DNA of 64,000 nt from positions 25,110,001 to 25,174,000 of the forward strand of contig OZ024757.1 in assembly GCA_964016885.1 (NCBI GenBank), given 5' to 3'. The position numbers and the translations under genes were made by a program. This DNA comes from Eledone cirrhosa (Eukaryota). This document shows positions 1 to 13,016 of the stretch, piece by piece. Under the pieces are notes generated by a model. It did no database searches. It was not told where the DNA came from and worked only from the letters and a program-made list of their open reading frames with translations. How positions within the stretch are numbered: the stretch's first letter is position 1; every line of letters begins with the position of its first letter.

Positions 1-1266
1 TATAGAGGAGGATTTAGTGCGATATATAGGGCAGGTAAATTATTTTAGCAGTATTTAGTGGAAGCCTATATGAAAGTAGAGGGATGCGGGCTTCAATATT
101 TGAGGAACAATCAAGCCCAATTGTGAGTGGATGAGTATAATGGTTTAATGAATTATCTAAACAGATGATAACACTGAGCCTTAAAAAATGAAGACAAGAT
201 AAGAAACAGAGAAGACATTGACAGAATCGTGTCAGCAGAAATACCTGCATTGGAAGATGATCCAGTACGACATGAGCAGGTTTAAAAGTTTATTATCCAC
301 AGGCCATGTGGTTCTGGAAACCCTTTTCCCCCATTTATACAAAATGGATTTTTCCAAAAGAACTATCCAAAAACCTACAGAAGGGAAACATTATTGAACC
401 TAAATGGATACCCAGAGTACAGGAGGTGCAAGACAGGAACTGCAGTGTAAATTGGATGACATTCAGTAGATAACAGGAATGTTGTGCCATTTAATGCCTT
501 TTTGCTTAAGAAATATTGTGCACATATTAATGTTGAAGTTTGCGCTTCTGTAAAAAGTGTCAAGTACCTCTTTAAATATGTTACATGGGGCATGATTGTA
601 CATCTATAGAAGTAACGAATAATGCATTACCTAATGAGGCTCAGAACCAACACAACCATGATGAAATAAGAATCTATCTTTGTTGCAGGTATGTGTCTCA
701 GCCAGAAGTAGTGTCGTGTCTCTCGGAATTTAAGCTTCATGGTACATCACATACAGTATACAGCCTAGCCACACACCTGGAGAACAAACAGAGTTTACTT
801 TCAAAGAGGCAATGCTCAGGTTGTGGTAGAAATGCAGGGACCCTTGCTGCCTGGTTCAAGCTAAATGAACTTGCTTACACCTTCTGGGATGCCGCCTCAC
901 AAGCTCCAATTAAAAGCAGGATCAATAATAATGCTTCTATGGAATATTTCAATCCAGAACAGATTATGTAATGGCACAAGATTAGAAGTAGTGGAACTGC
1001 ATAAACATTTTATCGAAGCTTCTCATATTTATGGTCCTTTGATGGGCAGGTGTGTTTTGATCCGAAGACTGAAGTTAGCTCCCAGTGGTGCCAACATCCC
1101 TTTTACTTTGGAAAGACCCCAGTTTCCATTAAGACTGTCATATGCCATGACAATCAACAAGAGCCATGGTCAAATACATGATAAAGTGGGTCTGTTCCTC
1201 CCTGAGCAAGTATTTAACCCTGGACAATTGTATGTTGCTTTTTCAAGAGTTCACAGACAGATGTAA
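1..1266 (+). mobile_element. Degenerate, internally deleted Helitron RepHel remnant (Rep region joined to Pif1-like helicase C-terminus)
   Basis: Fragments translate to DNRNVVPFNAFLLKKYCAHINVEVCASVKSVKYLFKY and DEIRIYLCCRYVS (Helitron Rep region), then TPSGMPPHKLQLKAG..LCNGTRL..QFPLRLSYAMTINKSHGQ..GQLYVAFSRV (Pif1 helicase motifs V/VI); stops and frameshifts throughout. Confidence 0.9.
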
Positions 1267-2887
1267 AAATTAATCCTACCAAACCCCCACCACTCCTACA
1301 ACTGTTAGCTGTTAGACCACCCCAGCACCACCCAACCTCCGTTCTAGTCCCACCGTTAGAACCAATGCTGCTTACCCTGCCTCTTTTACTAGTTCACTCC
1401 GTCGCTCGAATTTCAAAGCTGGCCCTCTACACTTGGTCGTTGCCAGCTCACCACCTGGTTGTGCTCTCTGTGTCCGCACTAGCCGGTACCTAAACACAAT
1501 AAAATGTCACCTGTGCTACCAAAACTACCACAGGAACTCTGTCGGCATCAGCAAGGCTCAAGCCGAAAGGCTTCAATACTAGACCTGTAATCAGGGCCAC
1601 TTTACCTCCGACGACCAGCTTTCTACCGATTGTGTGTTGATGGAGGGGACATGAGACCAGCAAAGTCCGAGGAGTAGAGACTAGTAAATAATAAACGGTC
1701 CTAGCTATGTTAAGAATATATATAAGAAAAATGTACTATACATTTAAGAAGACAAGAGAAATAAATATTTACCTCTTTCATGTAGGTAATATAGCGGTGT
1801 TATAAAAGTAATTATACGACCGGTGTAACAGTCGGTATAAATGAAAGATGTAGAAATAAAAGTTGCAACAATGACATGAATAAAGATACATTAATTTAAT
1901 ATGAGCAAGAATAAATATTTAATGGAATTAATTAAGTGTAATTTAATAAGAAATAAGATATAAGTAAAACAGTAAAAGAAACAATAACAAACAAAATGGA
2001 GTCACATAAAATTTGGTTTGTGTTTATAAAGCTTATTTTAAACGCGATTTTCTTTTTAAATCCGTAGCTAAGTTAGTAGCAGCTCCGCTTACTAACCTTA
2101 GGGCTATAACGTTACATGGTTCGAATCTTACACTCTTCTCTATAGTGCCACACGAGTTATCTCCTAGTCTTTTTATATAGTTTCACTGTTTAGTGAAAGA
2201 GGGCGCTCCGAACAGTTACTTATGTAGACGGGTGGTTAGCGACTCGGCTTACAAACATTAGCATCATGACGTTACATGGGTTCGAACCCTTCCGGCGCCT
2301 CAATTTTTCAAATAGAGTTATCACCCATGGTTCTTTAGAGTTTCATTGCTTACTCGAAAGATGGTGCGGGGATCATCTTTTACGATGAGTAGTAAGAGAC
2401 AATAATACATGGAAGGAGGAGAAATAGAGAGAGATAGAAAGACGAATGTGTCACACACTCAATTCTCTCACCGTCTCTTTACTTCTGACAGAGTGATAGA
2501 TGTAAAGAGAAGGTGAGAAATAAGAGGTTGATAGATTTGGCTGTTATTTTTAACATTTTCTAATCATGAGAGAGAGAGTATAAGATATAGAGAGAGGGGG
2601 AAATCGCCGATGTTTACGTTGAGAAAACCTAATAAAACGTTATAAATGAGATAAACAAGACAAAGTTAGATAAAATAAAATCAGCGATATATTTATAATA
2701 TTTTAATATATTTTTCCTGGTCGTCTGCTTCCATTGATAGAGAGAGGAGTGGTGGGAGGTAGCCATAACAACTGTGGTAGCAACACTGTGGTTTTTAAAG
2801 AAGTGAATACAAGAAAAACAAGCAACAAATTTAAATTTACTAAAATTAGTTTAAACATCTAAATCTTAAGAATATTAAATCTCTTAC

Positions 2888-3095
2888 CCCTTTAGCATTC
2901 ACATTACTCTATATATACTATTGTATTTTCACAGTAACGGCTTTATCTCACATAATATCGAATCTATGAGATTTCGATATTATTTATTTTCAGAACAATA
3001 CTTTAACATCAGTATGAGTGGTTAATTAGGGCTGGTTTGAACAGAAAGAGGTGAGAGAATTCTGGCCGGTTACAGCTGGTTTAAATGATAAGGGG
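2888..3095. mobile_element. piggyBac-type MITE (CCCTTTAGCATT terminal repeat, TTAA flank)
   Basis: Starts ccctttagcatt and ends aatgataagggg followed by TTAA; the same element recurs at 27966, 30265, 37985 and 50691. Confidence 0.7.
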
Positions 3096-3099
3096 TTAA

Positions 3100-5290
3100 G
3101 CCCTTCAAGATGTGTATGACGAGAAAGAAGCCGTTTTAGAATCGTATGACATAGATAATAACTGGAATTTCTTATGTGACAACTTACTGCAGGCTGCTGA
3201 AGACACTTGTGGCTGGAGCAGAGCTCCGACCAGACAGAGAGTGACCTGGTGGTGGGACAACACGGTAGATAAGGCCATTAGAGACAAAAGACTAGCATGG
3301 AACACTTGGATAAATGGTGAGAGTAGAGACCGATGCACAGCCGCTAAGAAAGAAGCTAGACGTCAGGTGTACTTAGCACGCAGGGAGGCTGAGAATAGGA
3401 GGGTTGCCAATGTTCTGTAACGGGAAGATCAAAGACGTGCGGTGTTCCGCATTGCAAGCCAGTGTGTCAGTGTAAATCGGGATGTTGTTGGAGATAAATG
3501 TGTCCGGAATGATGCTGGTGTACTCAGTGTCAATAATGATCAGAAAAAGGCGGCCTGGAAATGCCATTATGAGAGGCTGATGAATGTGGAGAATGAATGG
3601 GAGAGAGAGAAACTACCCACATTTGACCGAACAGAGGGACCAGCTATTGAGATTGTTGACTATAGGGTCAAAGAGGCAATTAAAGAAAGGAAAAATGGTA
3701 AGGCAGCTGGACCATCAGGGATAGTTGCTGAGATGCTGAAGGCATGAGGAGAAGTAGGTACTAAACTGGTTGCAAGCATAATCAATCAAGCTATATATGG
3801 CGGAGTCATACCCAAAGACTGGTGCAGCAGTATTCTCATAAATTGCTACAAAGGTAAAGGGGATGCTCTGGAGAGGATCAATTATAGAGGCAGAAAACTG
3901 ATGGATCAGGTTATGAAAGTGGCAGAAAGGATATTAGAGCAACTAATTAGAGAAAGAGTCAAACTAGATGAGATGCAGTTTGGTTTTGTGCCTGGGAAAA
4001 GTACAACCGATGCCCTCTTCTTAGAGAAGAATAAGCCATTATACTTAGCTTTTGTTGACCTAGAGAAAGCCTTTGATAGTGTACCCCCAATCTGTCATCT
4101 GGTGATCCCTAAGGAAACTAGGTGTTGAGGAATGGCTTGTGAGGACAGTACAAGCTTTGTACAGAGGTGCTGTCTATAAAGTGAGGGTTGGAATGGAGTT
4201 TAGTGAGGAATTCCAGATACAAGGAGGCGTCCATCAGAGTTCGGTCCTCAGCCCGCACTTCTTCATTATAGTCCTCCAAGCCATAACAGAGGAGTTTAAG
4301 ACTAGCTGCCCATGGGAACTTCTCTATACTGACAATCTGGTTTATATAGCAGAATCAGTAGAGGAGCTAGAGAATAAATTCTGGCTATGGAAACAGCAGT
4401 TGGAATTAAGAGGACTGAGAGTGAACCCAGCTAAAACAAAAGTGTTGATAAGTAGAAAAAAGGACAAAACTCTGATGGCCATGTTCGATATGCAGAAAAG
4501 GAAGTGGCATACATTCTATAAAATGTACACAATGCAGATCTTGGGTACATACGAGATGTAGTGGGAAAGCAGGCAAACTAACAGGTAGGGAAAACTACGT
4601 ATGCAGTAGATGTACAGGGAAATTTGACAGTAGAAGTCGCATTGATAGACACATTTTTCAAATGCAAGTAGGTTCTATAAAAGTGGTTGATAGCTTCAGT
4701 ACCTAGGTGATCAGATTAGTATGGGAGGGGGGGTGGGGGGTGTTCCGAGGCCATAGTATCTAGAATAAGGACGGGCTGGAAGAAGTTTAGGGAGCTGCTT
4801 CCTCTGGTGACAAAGAGGGTTTCTCCCTGCATACAAAAGGTTGGTTGTTTGATGCCTGTGTGAGATGCACAATGTTGCATGGTAGTGAGACATGGGCAGC
4901 AACTGCAGAGGATATGCGAAGGGTGAAGAGAAATGAAGCAAGCATGCTCCATTGGATGTGCAATGTCAATGTGCGTGAAAGACCAAGCATGGACGAGTTG
5001 AGAGTGAAACTCTATAAGAAGGATAAACTGCAGTGTGCGGGAGAAAAGACTGCGTTGGTATGGCCATGCGATGCGTATGCAGGATTACCGCAGGGTGAAG
5101 AAGTGCCAAGTAATCCCAGTGGGAGGAAGACGCAGTAGAGGAAGACCAAGGAAGATATGGGCAGAGGTAGTGAGAGCTGACCTCAGATCGTTGAAGCTCA
5201 GAGGAGATGATGAAGGAGAGATGTTATGCTGAAGAGGATCTGTCCCACCCTTTATAAGCAGGGAAAAGTGGATGTATAATGATGATGATA
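3100..5290 (+). mobile_element. 5'-truncated, decayed RTE-clade LINE (RT, Cys-rich finger, C-terminus, (GAT)n tail)
   Basis: ORF pieces KNGKAAGPSGIVAEMLKA, QFGFVPGKSTTDA, AFVDLEKAFD, GVHQSSVLSP, ELLYTDN (decayed YADD), MLHGSETW, RLRWYGHAMRM..GRPRKIW; ends gggaaaagtggatgtataatgatgatgat. Confidence 0.92.
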
Positions 5291-5749
5291 TATATATATA
5301 TATATATATCCCACCCTTGCAAACAGGAAAAAGCAGATGTAAAATGAAAATGATGATATATATAGATAGATAGATATGTATATATATATATTTATACTTA
5401 TACGTCATGGTGGCTACAGGTGCCAAGAGGAAGAAGCCGGACAATCCTCTGATATTTGTTTATCTTCCTTTCCTTCGTGAGCCGCGGTACCCGGGTTTGT
5501 GGCCGACGCAACCAAGTTGAAATCGGCCACCGGTGGTTGATATCACCAGGTTAGGAAACCCTGGTTTAGTCGCTCCAGTTATTACTTCGTTAGACATAGT
5601 CAGTAATTGAAATTAAAGCCTAAAGGTGTACTAAAGCCACAAACGTTTTTCTATCTATGAATTATTAGTGGTGTAAACAGATGAATTAAAGTCAAAGCTA
5701 ACAAATATATCACCAAGAAGAATATCTAAGGATTTCCAAAGTGTAAAGT

Positions 5750-5960
5750 CAGCTCAAGCCTGGAGACTTATCAAGCAGGTGCCTGTCCCAGTCCCTCTAG
5801 CGTAAAGGGACTGAGAGTACATGACTTCCCCCTGGACATGATGTCAGTCCATCGCAGGGTTAACCCCCCACCTATGTGAAATTAAGTTTTTGCTCAAGTA
5901 AAACAACTAACAACACAGTCCAGGAATCGAATACACATATGATCGTAAGACCACGGGCCT
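5750..5960 (-). mobile_element. SINE relic with Nin-domain-like body
   Basis: cccctggacatgatgtcagtccatcgcagggttaacc is the reverse complement of the Nin-type motif ggtaaccctgcgatggactagcatcc..ccagggg (recalled, not searched); related copy at ~42540-42790. Confidence 0.5.
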
Positions 5961-6234
5961 CCACTATCGAAGGATCTACCCTTCATTAAAGAATAAATTA
6001 GACTTATGCTTACGTCGCTGACATAATTAAGGTCGGAAAGGACATTACTGAAAATAAGGAGTGAACAACTAAAGGAAGACAGAAACGGAAGGAATCTACA
6101 CAGGAGGGCCCATCTTCCTACCAAAAGAATTATTTTAACAAGCCTACATCCTACTGAGCCAAAGGAAGGGGCCTCATAACTAGAACAGGCCTCATTTGTC
6201 CTAAATACGGAGCTGTCTTTACATATAATTATAT

Positions 6235-6789
6235 ATATGTATATATATATAGTATGTGTGTGTGTATGAAGATGTATGACCCCCTAGCAAGCCAAACTAC
6301 AGTTACGCCCCAACATGGAGAGCAAATTAAAACATTACCTGTTAGAGACGAACGTGAAATGATTTGTTAGTGAACTACCGGTGTAACAGTAATTATGTTA
6401 CCGGTGTAACTATTTCTGTTTACCTTATTTTTAAATCACACTCCTATATTAGTTTAGTGACCCCAGGCCTACTTGGAGCCATTACAGCCGAGCTCCTCCG
6501 CAAGATCGGAGTGTTTGTGGCCCGTCTGAGGATGGAGTCCCACGAGGTTTGATGGCTGTTGCAGCAGGTGTCACTGCCCTTACATATATATACGTAAATG
6601 TTCCCTTGACTGCTATTTCTAGCATATATTAATAGACACTTTAGAAACAGCAGCTAAAAGTCAGGAAACAACAGTGTGTCTGTATATATATACAGAGAGA
6701 GAGAGAGAGAGAGCAGCCAAAGACACACACACACATACACACAGGTGTATGTCTGCGTGTATGTATATATATGTATGTGTCTTTGCGTA

Positions 6790-6841
<52 letters not shown>

Positions 6842-7330
6842 CAGTGATCCCCCTCCCAACCTTTAATTAAACAAACCTGCGATGATCAAAACAAACTTCA
6901 TGTGTATCTGGAAGTTTGGCCGTATTATATCACTTTCAAATTGACCCCTATTATATTCAAATTATCCCCTGTGGGGCGTGCACCCCACGTTGAGAATCCC
7001 TCATAACTAAATATATGTGAGTGTGTTGCTATGACTGCTATTTCTAGCAGGTTTACTGCAGTCCTGTAGACGCACATCAAAAAACCGGAAGTGGCAGCCA
7101 TTAAAAAACTTTGGCTTAAAATCAGGCAAAAGTTTTTAAACAATTTGCCAAGAAAGATAACTCTTGTCTTACTTAATCGCAAAAATCGAGTCAAAAATTT
7201 TGCGGGTGTGCAGATTGTTTGGTCGCAATTGCTGCTATTTCTAGCATGTATGGACGTTTTAGAAATAGCAGCGAAAAACGGAAAACAGCAGAAAGAAGGA
7301 CACACACCTATATATATATGTATATATATA
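6235..7330. repeat. Composite repeat block duplicated at ~13435-15075
   Basis: Shared runs include gaagatgtatgacccc..aaattaaaacattacctgttagagacgaac, the CRE-like fragment, and tatcactttcaaattgacccctattatattc..aaaccggaagtggcagcc. Confidence 0.8.
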
Positions 7331-7361
7331 TATTTTGGATATGTGTGTGTTTGTTTATATG

Positions 7362-7392
<31 letters not shown>

Positions 7393-7471
7393 ATATATAT
7401 ACATATATTTATATATATATATATGTATATGTATATATATGTATATATATATATATATATACATATATATT

Positions 7472-7530
<59 letters not shown>

Positions 7531-8229
7531 GGATATGTGTCTGTTTGTTTATATGTATATATATATGTGTGTGTGTATATATATATGTATATATAGGTGT
7601 GTGTCCTTCTTTCTGATGTTTTCCGTGTTTCGCTGCTATTTCTAAAGTGTTCATACATGCTAGAAATAGCAGTCAAATACCAGCAAACAAGACCAAATCA
7701 ACTGCACAGCCGCAATATATATATGATATATAAATATATGTGAGTTGCTATGACTGCTATTTCTAGCAGGTTATTCCTAGCGTGTAAACTGCACACCCAC
7801 AGATAGAATACTTTGTAGTATTTTTTCCAGTTCTTTATTCTCAGTTCAACTTTACTTTTCTTACATTCGGGGTTCTCTCTTACTCTATATCTCTTTCTCA
7901 CTCTCTCTTTTATTCAGACCTGGAGAGGAGATGTACTCTGCCAGGTTTTATAATGAGTTATGGGGTCATACCTGCCTGCAACATCACTGTGTACTGAGTG
8001 TAGCATTTTATATCCTTGTTCTGGGCCTTCCTAACACCACTGTGTATTAAGTGTAGCTTTTAATATCCTTGTTCAGGGCCTTCATAATACCAGACTAGCT
8101 AATGTGTATATTATATTGTTATAGAGGAACTAAGTATGTCCTTTAGGTTCTGTAATGTACACTAGTTGGCCCTAATGGTAGCACCAGCCCTGTATAAAAC
8201 TGTGATACTTTAAGGTTCAGTAATGTACC

Positions 8230-8820
8230 TATCTGATGTCTGTACCCTAGCTGGTTGTCTGTCTCTCTCTACCCTAGGTGTCTCTGTGTCTCTCTGTACC
8301 CTAGGTGTCTCTGTGTCTCTCTGATGTCTGTACCCTAGGTGTCTCTGTGTCTCTCTAAGGTCTGTACCCTAGGTGGCTCTGTGTCTCTCAGATGTCTGTA
8401 CCCTAGGTGGCTCTGTGTCTCTCTAAGGTCTGTACCCTAGGTGGCTCTGTGTCTCTCTAAGGTCTGTACCCTGGGTAGCTGGGTATCTCACTGAGATCTG
8501 TACCCTAGGTGGCTCTGTGTCTCTCTAAGGTCTGTACCCTAGGTGGCTCTGTGTCTCTCTAAGGTCTGTACCCTAGGTGGCTCTGTGTCTCTCTAAGGTC
8601 TGTACCCTGGTTAGCTGGGTATCTCACTGAGATCTGTACCCTAGGTGGCTCTGTGTCTCTCTAAGGTCTGTACCCTAGGTGGCTCTGTCTCTCTCTAAGG
8701 TCTGTACCCTCGGTGGCTCTGTGTCTCTCTAAGGTCTGTACCCTAGGTGGCTCTGTGTCTCTCTAAGGTCTGTACCCTAGGTGGCTCTGTGTCTTATTAA
8801 GGCCTGTGTCCTATGTGGCT
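8230..8820. repeat. Minisatellite, 34-bp unit GGTCTGTACCCTAGGTGGCTCTGTGTCTCTCTAA, ~17 copies
   Basis: Direct inspection of tandem units. Confidence 0.93.
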
Positions 8821-9189
8821 GTCATCATCATTATCATCGCTGTCATTGCCACTGTCATCATCATTATCATCGCTGTCATCGCCACAGTCGTCGTCAGGGC
8901 TGGATTACCTCACAACGGTAGCGAACATATTTGGATGTGATCATACGAAAGGAATTGTTGAAACATATCAGATCTGAAATAGAGAGAGTTAGATGATGTA
9001 GAGAGAGAGAGAGAGAGGGAGACTCGCAGACAGTGAGAGAGAGAGAGAGGAAAACATTGATTGTGTTCACCACATTAAGTTACTATCTTACTAATGAAGC
9101 AATTAATAATTTTAGTAAATTCTTCAAAATTCTTCATTAATTAATTGAAAGAGAGTGTATTTCATTAGAAATGTGGTCATAAAAAAATA

Positions 9190-9740
9190 ATAATAATGAA
9201 TTATTGTGTACAGTGCTAAGGTGCACTACAACTCATCAAAGGTGCATGTATGGTATATAGAATAATGTACACGTCAGGAAAGTGAACAGTGTATGAGTCA
9301 TGATATACCTGTGTGTGTGTGTGTAAGGAGGGGGGATATTACCTAACAACTGATGCAGGTAGTTTGTTCCATGGAGGTTTTAAAGGATGTAGTGTCTCCA
9401 CAGCTAACAACTGATGTAGGGAGTTTGTTCCATGGAGATTTTAAAGGATGCAGTGTCTCGACATCTAACAACTGAAGCAGGGAGTTTGTTCCATGGTGGT
9501 TTTAAAGGATGCAGTGTCTCGACAGCTAACAATTGATGCAGGTAGTTTGTTCCATGGAGGTTTTAAAAGATGCAGTGTCTCAACAGCTAACAACTGATAC
9601 AGGTAGTTTGTTTCATGCTTCAGCAACTCTGAACATGAAACAATGTTTCCAAAAGTCATGGGAGCTGTGCGGCTTTCTGATTTTGTAGGCATGTCCACGG
9701 GTGTTAGACACATAGAATTCAAAAAGGTGCTCAGTTTTAA
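9190..9740 (-). mobile_element. CR1-like LINE 3' fragment with an internal 61-bp tandem amplification (9343-9615, ~4.5 copies)
   Basis: Reverse strand encodes SNTRGHAYK..HSSHDF..WNKLPASIVSCRDTASFK, matching the CR1-like copy at 49770-50330; ctaacaa(c/t) recurs at 9343, 9404, 9465, 9526 and 9587. Confidence 0.8.
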
Positions 9741-9963
9741 TGATATATTCTCTTTCTGACATAAAAAAAAACTAAGAAAAATACCATGGAGGCAAGAAAC
9801 AGTTTTTTTATTGTACAAGCTCAACCAACAATAAAGAAATTTAATAAAAATTTAATAAAAATTTGGAAAAAATGAATGTAAAAATGAAAAATATGTAAAA
9901 AACAATTGAAAATAAAAGGCAACTGAATTTTGATATTTTGGTGAATAGATGTGGAGTGTTGGT

Positions 9964-11551
9964 ATATAACACATATAACCCAGTCAGTGAAGCCCTTTAG
10001 TATAGGTCAACTGGGAAATTATAACACATATAACCCTATCAGTGAAGCCCTTTAGTATAGGTCAACTTGGGAAATTATAACATATAACCCTATCAGTGAA
10101 GTACTTTAGTATAGGTCAACTGGGAAACTATAGCACATATAACCCTATCAGTGAAGTACTTTAGTATAGGTCAACTGGGAAACTATAACACATATAACCC
10201 TATCAGTAAAGTCCTTTAGTATAGGTCAACTGGGAAACTATAACACATATAACCCTATCAGTGAAGTCCTTTATTATAGGTCAACTGAGAAACTATAACA
10301 CATATAACCCTATCAGTGAAGTCCTTTAGTATAGGTCAACTGAGAAACTATAACACATATAACCCTATCAGTGAAGTCCTTTAGTATAGGTCAACTGGGA
10401 AACTATAACACATATAACCCTATCAGTGAAGTCCTTTAGTATAGGTCAACTGGGAAACTATAACACATATAACCCTATCAGTGAAGTCCTTTAGTATAGG
10501 TCAACTGGGAAACTATAACACGTATAACCCTATCAGTGAAGTCCTTTAGTATAGGTCAACTGGGAAACTATAACACATATAACCCTATCAGTGAAGTCCT
10601 TTAGTATAGGTCAACTGGGAAACTATAACACATATAACCCTATCAGTGAAGTCCTTTAGTATAGGTCAACTGGGAAACTATAACACATATAACCCTATCA
10701 GTGAAGCCCTTTAGTATAGGTCAACTGGGAAACTATAACACATATAACCCTATCAGTGAAGCCCTTTAGTATAGGTCAACTGGGAAACTATAACACATAT
10801 AACCCTATCAGTGAAGCCCTTTAGTATAGGTTAACTGGGAAATTATAACACATATAACCCTATCAGTGAAGCCCTTTAGTATAGGTCATCTGGGAAACTA
10901 TAACACAAATAACCCTATCAGTGAAGTCCTTTAGTATAGGTCAACTGGGAAACTATAACACATATAACCCTATCAGTGAAGCCCTTTAGTATAGGTCAAC
11001 TGGGAAACTATAACACATATAACCCTATCAGTGAAGTCCTTTAGTATAGGTCAACTGGGAAACTATAACACATATAACCCTATCAGTGAAGTCCTTTAGT
11101 ATAGGTCAACTGGGAAACTATAACACATATAACCCTATCAGTGAAGTACTTTAGTATAGGTCAACTGGGAAACTATAACACATATAACCCTATCAGTGAA
11201 GTCCTTTAGTATGGGTCAACTGGGAAACTATAACACATATAACCCTATCAGTGAAGTCCTTTAGTATAGGTCAACTGAGAAACTATAACACATATAACCC
11301 TATCAGTGAAGTCCTTTAGTATAGGTCAACTGGGAAACTATAACACATATAACCCTATCAGTGAAGTCCTTTAGTATAGGTCAACTGGGAAACTATAACA
11401 CATATAACCCTATCAGTGAAGTCCTTTAGTATAGGTCAACTGGGAAACTATAACACATATAACCCTATCAGTGAAGTCCTTTAGTATAGGTCAACTGAGA
11501 AACTATAACACATATAACCCTATCAGTGAAGTCCTTTAGTATAGGTCAACT
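9964..11551. repeat. Satellite, 55-bp unit TATAACACATATAACCCTATCAGTGAAGTCCTTTAGTATAGGTCAACTGGGAAAC, ~29 copies
   Basis: Period of 55 measured between aaccctatca at 10361 and 10416; highly homogeneous units. Confidence 0.97.
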
Positions 11552-11689
11552 AACAGAAGTATTACAGGTATGGAAAAAATTCTAAATAAGCCTAGAACAG
11601 CTATTGCGGGCCACTCTGACTGGTCAGGGGGCTCGATTGTGGCCCGCGGGCCGCCTGTTGCACGCCCTCCTTTAGACAGAATATCTATC

Positions 11690-11905
11690 ACTGTTAAGTA
11701 ATACTGTGATCTGTCGGCCAACTACATTTTCCAGCCTGTGGCGTTTGGGGGAGTCGGGATACTGACTGCGAGATTCCTATCTTCACTGCGGCTAGTCTGA
11801 CGAAGGTGACTGGTGAAGCTCGTGAGGGCACTTGGTTGTTCCAGCTCCTCAGCCTCGCCATCGCCCGAGGTAACGCTGCAGACGTGCTGGCTTGCCTAAA
11901 AAATC
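11690..11905 (+). mobile_element. CRE-like non-LTR retrotransposon C-terminal (restriction-like endonuclease region) fragment
   Basis: Translates to LSANYIFQPVAF..GEAREGTWLFQLLSLAIARGNAADVLACL, the typical end of CRE-type ORFs. Confidence 0.6.
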
Positions 11906-11989
11906 ATTAGAGAGGTTTCCCAGTTATCCTCGCGATACTGTTATCTTTTGCTCTAGTAGCAGCTCGTTTGTCCACCCCTTTCGCTTGCC

Positions 11990-12300
11990 TTTGGTTGTAT
12001 GTGGTCCTAGATGTATTACCTGCTTGTGTGTTGTATGTGGTCCTAGATGTATATATTACCTGCTTGTGTGTTGTATGTGGTCCTAGATGTATGTATTACC
12101 TGTTTATGTGTTGTATGTGGTCCTAGATGTGTGTATTACCTGGTTATGTGGTCCTAGATGTATGTATTACCTGCTGGTGTATTGTATGTAGTCCCAGATG
12201 TGTGTGATACCCGCTTGTGTGTTGTATGTGGTCCTAGATGTGTGGATTACCTGTTTATGTGTTGTATGTCGTCCCAAATGTGTGTGCTACCCGCTTCTGT
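11990..12300. repeat. Minisatellite, ~38-bp unit (GTGTTGTATGTGGTCCTAGATGTATGTATTACCTGCTT), ~8 copies
   Basis: Direct inspection. Confidence 0.85.
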
Positions 12301-13016
12301 GATTTGTTTTCTTTCTTCTTTCTCTCTTCAGAGAAACAATCCTGTATTTTTTAAATCTATTCCATGTGTTAAGTAATTAGCAGCAACAACAAACTGATTT
12401 TCAGTTGTAAAAAGAATCTTTAAACCTTCACCATTTACATTAACACATACCATACGTTGTCCCAGCCACAAATAAACAGTAAAAAAAACTTACTTTGCGG
12501 TTAAATTCTTCACAATTAAAAGAATAATATTTCTAACACGTTTCTCGAGAACACCAAGTTTACACCTTCAATATCCGGTAAAAGTAAAAACAAATTCTGG
12601 AGACATTTAACGAAACGAAACTTTGTAAAGAAAAACGAAAATTAAACGAAGACAAATAGTAAATTTTTATTTTTATTAAATAAAATACCAGTAATTCACC
12701 GGATTAGATTTAATCAACTTTCTTCTCTCTGCACGAAAGACGAAAAAAATTCCTGACTTAGTGCTTAATATATAGAGAGGGGAGAGTTTGGTGTTACTTG
12801 ATATAGAGAGGGGTATTGGAAGAGAGTGCCGTGTAGTAGATATAGAGAGGGAGAGAGTTAGTGCTAATTGATATAAAGAGGGGGACTTGCACCCCACCCT
12901 CCCCCAAGAAAAATTATGAAATGCTTCCACCTCCCTGTACATTTATATATAGTATACACACACAGACATATATATGTCTATATTATATATATAGTAAATA
13001 AATATGTGTGTGTGTA

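Noticed and set aside
2060-2300. Two tRNA-like segments with ggttcgaa B-box motifs
   Set aside because: I could not fold a convincing cloverleaf; they are probably decayed SINE heads rather than tRNA genes.
9964-11551. CRISPR-like appearance of the regular arrays (also 39419-41896 and 50691-51691)
   Set aside because: Units are contiguous with no unique spacers, there are no cas genes, and the context is eukaryotic.
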